Assembly (NCBI GenBank): GCA_900550495.1
Contig: URSJ01000003.1
Coordinates: forward strand, 18,227-82,226
Reading direction: 5' to 3'
Length of the DNA stretch: 64,000 nucleotides
Source: an uncultured Rickettsiales bacterium
GTDB lineage: Bacteria; Pseudomonadota; Alphaproteobacteria; Rs-D84
The notes beneath the pieces are model-generated. The model was not told the DNA's origin. It ran no database searches and saw only the letters and a list, made by a program, of their open reading frames with translations. The position numbers and the translations under genes are program-made. Positions 38,518 through 46,296 of this stretch are shown in pieces. Positions within the stretch are counted from its first letter, which is position 1. Every line of letters starts with the position of its first letter.

Positions 38518-39807
38518 ATGAACAGACTAAAAAAGTTTTGGATTCTTTTTGTTTCGTTCCTGCCATTGACGGCAGGGGCAGTTGCGCCACTGGTTATAGG
38601 TGGTATTGCGGGTCTGGGGGTAATCGTCGGTTTTTCAATATTTCGCACAGCGTCGCCGGTCAATATGGCGGACGCAATGAATTTCTTTTCGTCGTGTTGG
38701 TCGTGCCAGATGTTTTCAGATGTTATGGCGGCAATGTCTAATTTGTTGCCGCGGGCATACAGCGCAATTGGCACGGTTGTAATTCCGGTGGCGGCGGGTC
38801 TGTCAGCAGTGTGGTTCGCGTGGAAATTATTCGGTGGATTTTTTAATGCCAAGATAGAACAACCCTGGGCCATCGCGGGAAATTTCGGCACACACCTGGT
38901 CAAGCTGGTCACGCTGTGTGCGTTGCTGTTGGTGCCACTGCCACGTATGATATCAGAAATTGCGATAACGCCGATATTCAACATCGGATTGTCACTGAAT
39001 AGGGCGGTGTCGGGCAACGATGCTTTTTCTGAATGTGTTGTTGCCACTGCGGTGGCTGATCCTGTGTCGGTTGATGCCGCGGCGGCGTCTGCGGGGGCAT
39101 ATTCGCCGCGTTTGCGTCATAATCTGGCGTGCGAATTGGCAAATGTGCATCAAATGACCGGCCTGGGAATGACGGTCGGGTGGACAATGCTGAACATGGC
39201 GTTCAATTCCAAATATATGCACAAGATTATGTGGGATATCCCAATTTTTCCAAATGTCCCGATTTTCTTTGCAGGGTTGTTGGTATTGGTTTTATTCTTG
39301 TGTGCATTGTTGCCCGTGCCAATGTATTTTTTAGAGGTATTTATAAAACTGTCCATGGATTTGATAATGTTGCCACTGATGTTGCTGGCGTGGCTGTTCA
39401 AGGGTTGGCCAATATTCCCAAATGGTGGCGGAAACATTCGTTCCATTATTGATGATGTCGTCCGGGCAACCGCTGGAATCGCGATGGTTGGTGTATTTGT
39501 AACATTTTCTATAATGTTTTTAAATGCGGTATTTGGCCAATGGACAGGGGCGTCACGTTTGGCTGTGGCATTGGCGCAAAACGATTCGACTTTATTGATT
39601 GATGGATTGATGATGCGCAACGACAGTTTGATAACAATCATACTGATGGGAATCTTTATCGCGATGTTCATGACGTCGATTCCCGCCCTGGTCAAGGCAT
39701 TGTTCGCAAACGTGAATATTCCTACGTCTTTCTATGAAACAACAAAAAAGAACATAAATATTATGTGGGGAAACCTGAAAAAGTGGTATGCCGCAATAAA
39801 AAAATAA
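38518..39807 (+). CDS. TrbL/VirB6-like polytopic membrane protein, paralogue E (divergent)
   Basis: N-terminal hydrophobic leader, CWSCQMF motif, loop Cys pair (ECVVAT..LACELA), core DLIMLPLMLLAWLFKGW, tail ..YAAIKK. Confidence 0.6.
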   Translation: MNRLKKFWILFVSFLPLTAGAVAPLVIGGIAGLGVIVGFSIFRTASPVNMADAMNFFSSCWSCQMFSDVMAAMSNLLPRAYSAIGTVVIPVAAGLSAVWFAWKLFGGFFNAKIEQPWAIAGNFGTHLVKLVTLCALLLVPLPRMISEIAITPIFNIGLSLNRAVSGNDAFSECVVATAVADPVSVDAAAASAGAYSPRLRHNLACELANVHQMTGLGMTVGWTMLNMAFNSKYMHKIMWDIPIFPNVPIFFAGLLVLVLFLCALLPVPMYFLEVFIKLSMDLIMLPLMLLAWLFKGWPIFPNGGGNIRSIIDDVVRATAGIAMVGVFVTFSIMFLNAVFGQWTGASRLAVALAQNDSTLLIDGLMMRNDSLITIILMGIFIAMFMTSIPALVKALFANVNIPTSFYETTKKNINIMWGNLKKWYAAIKK

Positions 39808-39858
39808 AAAATCAAGCCCTTTATTTAACATAGCCCCCTTTTTTGTGCAATCCGAATC

Positions 39859-39867
39859 TGATATAAT
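39859..39867 (+). promoter_or_regulatory. Extended -10 element TGaTATAAT, 8 nt upstream of ATG 39876
   Basis: There is no Shine-Dalgarno between the -10 and the ATG, so the mRNA is near-leaderless. Confidence 0.45.
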
Positions 39868-39875
39868 TCATAGCA

Positions 39876-40394
39876 ATGAAGCAGTTTCCGATTCTTTATT
39901 GGCCACCCCGGGCAAACGGCGATAATGATTACCGCCTGGCACGCAAGGTTATAAATACAACCGTCGGCATAATGCCAGATGTTTTAACCGATGACATTGA
40001 CGTTGTGGCGTTTTTGCGCGACAATCCAGATGCAACGGTGTTTTATCCTGTTTTCTGTGAATCAACCGGGTGGTGGGGCGAATTGTTGGGGTCGGACGCT
40101 ATTGTAACCGACAAACTGATTATATCCCCAGAATGTCAACTGATGGTTATCCGCGCGGCTACTTCGACGCCTGCACCGCGGCGTACTGGTCAGAACCAGT
40201 TGCTGGCGGCAGAAATTTATCCGACCAGCGGATTCTTTAAAAAGATGAATTCCAGCGTTGCCACAGTCGCAGATATGCTGGCCACGGACGCGGGGACGAT
40301 ATTGGCATTATTTTCTGGAAAAAATCAGTCCCAGTTTATAAATATCCTGGAATCGACGGGAAATTCGTATCTGGGTTGCATTGGTCGATACTAA
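39876..40394 (+). CDS. Hypothetical cytoplasmic protein
   Basis: 172-aa ORF with no signal peptide or TM segment and no motif I recognise. Confidence 0.5.
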   Translation: MKQFPILYWPPRANGDNDYRLARKVINTTVGIMPDVLTDDIDVVAFLRDNPDATVFYPVFCESTGWWGELLGSDAIVTDKLIISPECQLMVIRAATSTPAPRRTGQNQLLAAEIYPTSGFFKKMNSSVATVADMLATDAGTILALFSGKNQSQFINILESTGNSYLGCIGRY

Positions 40395-40400
40395 TAATCC

Positions 40401-40428
40401 TTGCAATATGCAAAAATCCTTGTATAAT
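40401..40428 (+). promoter_or_regulatory. Promoter TTGCAA-N16-TATAAT upstream of rpmE
   Basis: -35 at 40401-06, -10 at 40423-28. Confidence 0.6.
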
Positions 40429-40463
40429 CTGCACGCTAAATTTAAAATAAAAAGGGTAATAAG

Positions 40464-40676
40464 ATGAAAAAAGGAATTCATCCTGAATATCACGAAATCA
40501 ACGTCACACGCACAGATGGCAAGACGGTGAAAATGTATTCTTCTGTTAAAAAAGACTTGGTTTTGTCCACAGATAACTTGAACCACAGTGCCTGGACCGG
40601 CCAGCGTTCTAACGCCGGTGACAAGGGTCAGCGTGCCGAAAAATTCAAGGGCAAATTTGCTGGATTCAAATTCTAA
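40464..40676 (+). CDS. rpmE: 50S ribosomal protein L31 (no CxxC zinc motif)
   Basis: MKKGIHPEYHEINV..HSAWTGQ..KFKGKFAGF. Confidence 0.9.
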   Translation: MKKGIHPEYHEINVTRTDGKTVKMYSSVKKDLVLSTDNLNHSAWTGQRSNAGDKGQRAEKFKGKFAGFKF

Positions 40677-40704
40677 ATATCGCAAACCTGTGGGGTGGGA
40701 CACA

Positions 40705-41409
40705 ATGGAACTGTTGATAAAGGGTTCAACCGAATTAAACAAAATGTTCATGGCGTTGCAACGGACGGCGTCCGGTCTGCGTCGTGACTTTGGAGAGGTT
40801 GAAAACCTGCAACAGTCGTTGCACGGTGCGCACGATTTTGTGCAAAAGGCATCTGCCCGCATCGAAGAAAGCATTTTGTCCGATTTGCTGTTGGTGCGCC
40901 CATCGGCGGGATTACTGACGCCAAACGTATCACGTGATGGCGACGGTCGTGATGAATTTGTTTTGTCACTGTCGGGCGCAGCAAATTTTGTCCGTGCGAA
41001 TCCGTATTTTGCTATTTCACTGGCATTGCGGACAAATGACGAAACAAAAATCGCGTTGGTGTATTCGCCAATTGATGAACGTCTGTATTATGCAGAATCT
41101 GGTCGTGGCGCGTATGCGTTTTCGGCATTTCATTCTGCCCGCGTTCGGGTTTCTAATATTACCGATTTGCCCCAGGCGACAATCGCATTTAATACAAACG
41201 ACGCACGCACGGTATCGGCGGATATTCGTCGCACAGGGTGCCCGGCATTGGATTTGGCGTGGGTTGCGTCGGGTAAATTTGACGGTTTTGTATCCGAACC
41301 ATTGGATTTTGCAGAAATTGCGGCCGGCGACCTGTTAGTGCGCGAGGCCGGCGGACAAATATCCATGGGGGCAGATTTAATCGCCACCAACGGCAAGATT
41401 GAATTATAA
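40705..41409 (+). CDS. SuhB/inositol-monophosphatase-family protein with substituted metal-binding motifs
   Basis: The C-terminal half aligns with SuhB (RRTGCPALDLAWVASGKFDGF..AAGDLLVREAGG). However WVIDPLDGTTNF is replaced by FVLSLSGAANF, and the EE motif is replaced by LLTPN. Start ATG 40705. Confidence 0.7.
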   Translation: MELLIKGSTELNKMFMALQRTASGLRRDFGEVENLQQSLHGAHDFVQKASARIEESILSDLLLVRPSAGLLTPNVSRDGDGRDEFVLSLSGAANFVRANPYFAISLALRTNDETKIALVYSPIDERLYYAESGRGAYAFSAFHSARVRVSNITDLPQATIAFNTNDARTVSADIRRTGCPALDLAWVASGKFDGFVSEPLDFAEIAAGDLLVREAGGQISMGADLIATNGKIEL

Positions 41410-41436
41410 AATCACGCGCCACTGGCGCGTTTTTTA
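41408..41436 (+). terminator. Rho-independent terminator
   Basis: ACGCGCC-ACT-GGCGCGT followed by a T5 tract. Confidence 0.8.
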
Positions 41437-41497
41437 TACGAATTTTATGAATTATGGACACTTGCAAAGTTTGAATAAATATCTTAAACTTTGTGCT

Positions 41498-43546
41498 ATG
41501 AAATTCAAAAAAATCTTACGTATTTTGTTAAATGTTGTGTTCTGGTGCTTTACAGCGGCAATTGCGGCGTTGGCGGCATTGGTTTTGATTTATGGTAACG
41601 ATTTGCCAGACTATAAAAAATTAGCGACATATGCGCCACCGGTTGCGACACGACTGTATGCGTCGGACGGGTCGTTGTTAATTGAGTATGCCGAAGAACG
41701 CCGTGTCTTTATTGATTTTGCCGATATGCCACCAATGTTGGTAAATGCGTTTGTCGCCGCCGAAGACCAGAATTTCTGGACGCATCCTGGTATTGATGTC
41801 CAGGGTATAATCCGCGCCACGGCAAACAATACGCTGGGGGCATTGGGGTTCCATACCAATTTTTCCGGCGCATCAACCATCACGCAACAGGTTGCCAAGA
41901 ATTTCTTTTTGACATCTGAACGCACAATTTCGCGCAAGATTAAAGAAGCGATATTAGCCCTGCGACTGGAACGTACGTTTTCCAAACAACATATCATGAC
42001 CTTGTATTTGAACCAGATATTTTTGGGTGCGCGCGCATATGGCGTTGGGTCGGCAGCATTAATGTATTTCAACAAACCTGTGTCAGAATTAACGTTGTCA
42101 GAATGTGCATTTTTGGCTTCCTTGCCCAAGGCTCCAAATAATCGTGACCGCGCGGTTGAACGTCGTAACTACGTTCTGCGCCGTATGGTCGAAGAAAAAT
42201 ACATCACGCGCGAACAGGCGGCCGCCGCTGCAGACGAGCCACTAAATATCAACAGTGGGTTTACCGCACAGATGGCACCCGATTTTCAATATTTCGCCGA
42301 AGATGTTCGTCGTCAATTGCTGAACACAATCGGGCGCGAACGTTTGTATAACGACGGTCTGTATATCAAAACAACAATTGTCCCAGAATACCAGCAGGCG
42401 GCATCAGCAGCGTTAAACAAGGAATTGGACAGATATAATTCTGTGCGTGACGCAAACGAACCGAAGTTACAGGGTGCGATTATTGCAATGAATCCGCATA
42501 CGGGACGCATTGTTGCGATGGCGGGTGGTCGTTCGTTTGTTGACAGTTCGTTTAACCGCGCAACCCAAGCAATGCGCCAGGTTGGTTCTACGATTAAACC
42601 ATTTGTATATCTGGCGGCACTGGAACGTGGAATGTCACCCGAAGAATTGATTTTGGACGCACCAATCGTCGGTTGGCGCGAGGATAATACGCTGTGGAAA
42701 CCTGAAAATTACGACAAAAAATTCTTGGGCGACGTGCCGTTGCGTCTGGCATTGGAAACGTCGCGCAATGTTCCGGCCGTCCGTTTGGTTGAAAAAATCG
42801 GCGTTACCTCCGCCATAGAGGTCGCCCAGCGTTTCGGTGTGTATCCTGAAAATCTAAGAAATGTGAATTTATCCTTGGCGTTGGGCTCGGGTGAAACAAC
42901 ACTGGAAAATTTGGTGCTGGGATATTCGGCATTTGTAAACGGTGGACGCAAGATTCAACCGAAATTGGTTGATTATATTGAAGACAGATATGGTCGTGTT
43001 CTTGATGGCAACGCCATACAGATTGTTAAATGGGACGATGACATGTTGCCACCTGAACGCGTGGACGTCGCAGAGCCCTTGTCAGACCCCCAGAGTTTGT
43101 ATCAGTTAGTATCCATATTACAGGGCGCGGTTGAACGCGGGACAGGAAAACAGGCACGCGTTGCCGGTCATACAATTGCGGGTAAAACCGGCACAACTAA
43201 TGATGTCAAGGATGTGTGGTTTGTCGGGTTTTCCAAGAATTTGATTGCAGGCGTTTATTTAGGGTATGATACACCACGTGCCTTGGGGCGGGGCAGTGGC
43301 AGTCACATGGCTGCGCGTGTGTTTTCTGAATTTATGACAGCGGCATTAGCTGGTCAAAAGAACCAGCCATTTGCCGTGCCAGATGGTTTGACTTTTATGC
43401 GTGTGAACCGCCGCAATGGCGTATCCGCCGCCGCTGATTCCGATGGGGTCATTATTACCGAGGCGTTTAAGCCGGGACAAAAACCGAATGTTCCCAAGAC
43501 GACAGCACAAAATGATAATAATGCGGTTGTTGGGGGTGTTTTTTAA
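41498..43546 (+). CDS. mrcA: Class A penicillin-binding protein (PBP1A; glycosyltransferase + transpeptidase)
   Basis: GT motifs EDQNFWTHPGID and RKIKEAILALRLE. TP motifs STIKP, SRN, KTGTTND. N-terminal TM segment. Start ATG 41498. Confidence 0.9.
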   Translation: MKFKKILRILLNVVFWCFTAAIAALAALVLIYGNDLPDYKKLATYAPPVATRLYASDGSLLIEYAEERRVFIDFADMPPMLVNAFVAAEDQNFWTHPGIDVQGIIRATANNTLGALGFHTNFSGASTITQQVAKNFFLTSERTISRKIKEAILALRLERTFSKQHIMTLYLNQIFLGARAYGVGSAALMYFNKPVSELTLSECAFLASLPKAPNNRDRAVERRNYVLRRMVEEKYITREQAAAAADEPLNINSGFTAQMAPDFQYFAEDVRRQLLNTIGRERLYNDGLYIKTTIVPEYQQAASAALNKELDRYNSVRDANEPKLQGAIIAMNPHTGRIVAMAGGRSFVDSSFNRATQAMRQVGSTIKPFVYLAALERGMSPEELILDAPIVGWREDNTLWKPENYDKKFLGDVPLRLALETSRNVPAVRLVEKIGVTSAIEVAQRFGVYPENLRNVNLSLALGSGETTLENLVLGYSAFVNGGRKIQPKLVDYIEDRYGRVLDGNAIQIVKWDDDMLPPERVDVAEPLSDPQSLYQLVSILQGAVERGTGKQARVAGHTIAGKTGTTNDVKDVWFVGFSKNLIAGVYLGYDTPRALGRGSGSHMAARVFSEFMTAALAGQKNQPFAVPDGLTFMRVNRRNGVSAAADSDGVIITEAFKPGQKPNVPKTTAQNDNNAVVGGVF

Positions 43547-43566
43547 TTTTACAATTTGGCACGTTA

Positions 43567-43575
43567 TGGTATAAT
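43567..43575 (+). promoter_or_regulatory. Extended -10 element TGgTATAAT
   Basis: Upstream of mliC. GGGG Shine-Dalgarno before ATG 43607. Confidence 0.45.
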
Positions 43576-43606
43576 CTCGTGTGTAAACCAACAAAGGGGC
43601 AATGAT

Positions 43607-43921
43607 ATGAAAAAAATCATGTTTTATGGTGTTGCGGCATTAGCATTAGCGGCATGTGATAAAAAAACAGACGAAAATGTTATCGCACAAACATGTGGTG
43701 ATTATGCTGTGGAAATCAAACTGTCTGAAAATGCAGATACATTGACAGCGGTAATCAACGGGGACGAAACAATACTGACACATGCGGTGTCGGCATCTGG
43801 TGCGCGATTCGTTGGGACATTGAACGATACAATGGTTACATTGTGGAACAAGGGCGAGGCATGGACCATGTTCTTGGGTGACGATGATAACGCCGTTGCA
43901 ATTGAATGTGTGGCGAAATAA
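43607..43921 (+). CDS. mliC: MliC-family lipoprotein (inhibitor of C-type lysozyme)
   Basis: Lipobox LALAAC. SASGARF..LWNKGEAWTM matches the MliC signature (SxSGAxY..WxKGDEA). Confidence 0.8.
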   Translation: MKKIMFYGVAALALAACDKKTDENVIAQTCGDYAVEIKLSENADTLTAVINGDETILTHAVSASGARFVGTLNDTMVTLWNKGEAWTMFLGDDDNAVAIECVAK

Positions 43922-43941
43922 GATTTATTTTACCGTATCTT

Positions 43942-43952
43942 TGTGATAAAAT
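43942..43952 (+). promoter_or_regulatory. Extended -10 element TGTGATAAAAT
   Basis: Upstream of mraY. AAGGAG Shine-Dalgarno before ATG 43977. Confidence 0.45.
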
Positions 43953-43976
43953 GGTCAGCATAAGAAGGAGTTTTTT

Positions 43977-45065
43977 ATGCTGACTAATTTTTTTCTGGCG
44001 CGTGGTTATTCATTTTTTGCCAGTGGTTGGACCCAATTCGCAATGGCGTTTGGTGTCGCTTTTTTTATAATGTTGGTGTTTGGGCGTTCGTTTATTGCCG
44101 CCATGCATGCGTGGCAGAAAAAAGGGCAACCAATCAGTGAAAATGTTCCAGAATCCCACCGCCAAAAAGCGGGCACACCAACAATGGGCGGAATGTTACT
44201 GGTTTTGGCGATATTGATTCCGTCGGTGCTGTTTATGCCCAGTGACAGTGCACCTGCGTGGATTGCGCTGATGTCGTTGGTTATGTTTGGTTTGATTGGA
44301 TTTGTTGACGATTATAAAAAGGTTACATCGCAATCTAAAAAGGCATCAAATGGTCTGTCGCCGAAAACACGCCTGATTGTCGAAGGAATTTGTGTTATCG
44401 TGTTGGCGTATTTGATAAACAAAACAATGCCACCATATATCCCAGAATATTCGCTGGCACTGGGCGCGGGAATAATATTACCGTTGGGGTTGTTGTATTA
44501 TGTGTTCGCATACTTTGTGATTTGTGGTTCGGCGAATGCCACAAATATCACAGATGGTCTGGACGGTATGCTCGCTAAATTATATCTGCCGGTGTTAGTT
44601 GTTCTGGTCGTGGCATTGTATGGGGCTACACGTATTGGTTTTATGGATACGGTCATGTTCCTGCCGGGGGCATCTGGGTTGTATGCGCCATTGGGTGCGG
44701 CGTTTGGTGCAGTGCTGGGATTCTTGTGGTATAATGCAAAACCTGCGGCGATATTTATGGGTGACGTTGGGTCACTGGCGTTGGGCGGATTTATGGGCGC
44801 AGTTGCGATGCTGTTGAAATCAGAAATCATTATGGGCATTGCAGCGGGTATGATGGTTATCATATTGTTGTCGTCATTTGCCCAAACAATGTGCTTTAAA
44901 ATCACGCGTCGAATTACCGGCACGGGTCGTCGTATATTCTTGCGTGCGCCGTTGCATCATCATTTTGAAGAACGTGGTTGGGCAGAAACAAAAATCGTTG
45001 ACCGCTTCTTTATAATATCAGTGCTATTTTCTGGGCTGGCATTGGTGCTGTTGAAATTTGCATAG
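43977..45065 (+). CDS. mraY: Phospho-N-acetylmuramoyl-pentapeptide transferase
   Basis: ..KAGTPTMGG.., NATNITDGLDGM, ..APLHHHFE.. Confidence 0.95.
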   Translation: MLTNFFLARGYSFFASGWTQFAMAFGVAFFIMLVFGRSFIAAMHAWQKKGQPISENVPESHRQKAGTPTMGGMLLVLAILIPSVLFMPSDSAPAWIALMSLVMFGLIGFVDDYKKVTSQSKKASNGLSPKTRLIVEGICVIVLAYLINKTMPPYIPEYSLALGAGIILPLGLLYYVFAYFVICGSANATNITDGLDGMLAKLYLPVLVVLVVALYGATRIGFMDTVMFLPGASGLYAPLGAAFGAVLGFLWYNAKPAAIFMGDVGSLALGGFMGAVAMLLKSEIIMGIAAGMMVIILLSSFAQTMCFKITRRITGTGRRIFLRAPLHHHFEERGWAETKIVDRFFIISVLFSGLALVLLKFA

Positions 45066-45068
45066 ATT

Positions 45069-45098
45069 AAAAATTCCCCAAAGACGGGGGATTTTTTT
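45069..45098 (+). terminator. Rho-independent terminator between mraY and ftsW
   Basis: TCCCC-AAAGAC-GGGGGA followed by a T7 tract. Confidence 0.7.
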
Positions 45099-45123
45099 AA
45101 TCAGTATATTTTCATAAAAATCG

Positions 45124-45132
45124 TGGTATAAT
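45124..45132 (+). promoter_or_regulatory. Extended -10 element TGgTATAAT, 6 nt upstream of ftsW ATG (leaderless candidate)
   Basis: TATAAT at 45127-32, ATG at 45139, no Shine-Dalgarno. Confidence 0.5.
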
Positions 45133-45138
45133 GAAACC

Positions 45139-46278
45139 ATGGTTGCAAGAACAGAAGATAGTAAATTCACTAATTGGCATTTTGAAATTGATCGGCGTTT
45201 GCTGGCGGCGGTTTTGTTGCTGATTGCGATTGGCGTTATGTATGTTATTTCCGCAGGCAGTGTGGCGGCTGAACGCATTGGGCAACCGTGGTATTTCTTT
45301 TTCAAAAAGGCGGTGCCGTTTTATTTTATTGGCATTACAACCCTGGTTGGGGTCAGTATGCTGAATAGAAAGTGGATTATGGGAATATCAGCGTTTAATG
45401 TGGCAGTTGGTTTGCTGTTGCTGTTGGTAACGTTTGCAATGCCACACGTGATAAAAGGGTCGGCCCGATTCGTTTCAATTGGCCCGTTTAACATTATGCC
45501 GTCTGATATTATGAAACCTGGATTTATCATAATGACTGCGTGGTTTTTGTCACGTATGAAATCTGAATACGGCGCAGATATATTTTTCAACAAGGCAGCG
45601 TGGCAGTTTAAAAAACTTAGTTGGTGGACATATCTGGCGGTATTTTTGCCGGCGTTGTTTATTATATTCAGACACCCTGACGTTGGAACATCGGCGTTGT
45701 ATTGTGGGGTGCTGGCCATGATGATGTTTATGGCGGGGTTGCCTGGTATTTTGGTTGGCGGATTTATTGGTGTTGGTGCGCTGGGGTTTATCACGGCGTT
45801 TTTGACAATGTCGCACGTGCACGGACGCGTCATTTCGTTCGTGACGGGGACTGGTAATACATACCAGGTGCGCCAGTCTGTTCAGTCAATTCAGCATGGT
45901 GGTCTGTTGGGCAGTGGCGATGACGCGTTTGTAAAGCAATCGTTGCCAGACGCGCATACTGATTTTATATTTGCCGCCGTTGCCGAAGATTTGGGCGCAA
46001 TTATGGCATGCTTGTTATTGTGCCTGTTGCTATATGTATTAAAGCGTTTAACGACTGATGCGATTGGTGCACGCAGTCCGTTTGTATTCTATGCAGCAGG
46101 TGGCGCGGTGGCATTGTTTGGAATCCAGGTTTGCATAAACCTGGCGTCGACATTGCATCTGATGCCACCCAAGGGTATGACGTTGCCATTTATTTCATAC
46201 GGAGGCAGTTCGTTTGTTGCGTTCTGTTTGTTGTTCGGTATGGTGTTGGCGTTGGTGCGCGAAGATAAATGGAAATAA
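45139..46278 (+). CDS. ftsW: SEDS-family peptidoglycan polymerase / cell division protein FtsW
   Basis: ..LPDAHTDFIFA.., ..PPKGMTLPFISYGGSS.., about 10 TM segments. Confidence 0.9.
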   Translation: MVARTEDSKFTNWHFEIDRRLLAAVLLLIAIGVMYVISAGSVAAERIGQPWYFFFKKAVPFYFIGITTLVGVSMLNRKWIMGISAFNVAVGLLLLLVTFAMPHVIKGSARFVSIGPFNIMPSDIMKPGFIIMTAWFLSRMKSEYGADIFFNKAAWQFKKLSWWTYLAVFLPALFIIFRHPDVGTSALYCGVLAMMMFMAGLPGILVGGFIGVGALGFITAFLTMSHVHGRVISFVTGTGNTYQVRQSVQSIQHGGLLGSGDDAFVKQSLPDAHTDFIFAAVAEDLGAIMACLLLCLLLYVLKRLTTDAIGARSPFVFYAAGGAVALFGIQVCINLASTLHLMPPKGMTLPFISYGGSSFVAFCLLFGMVLALVREDKWK

Positions 46279-46296
46279 ATCAAGGGGGAAATAAAT

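Noticed and set aside
37907-39047. Antisense ORFs inside the VirB6-like array (37907..38464, 38511..39047, 39150..39695).
   Set aside because: They are shadow frames of hydrophobic membrane-protein genes. They would break the tightly coupled operon structure.
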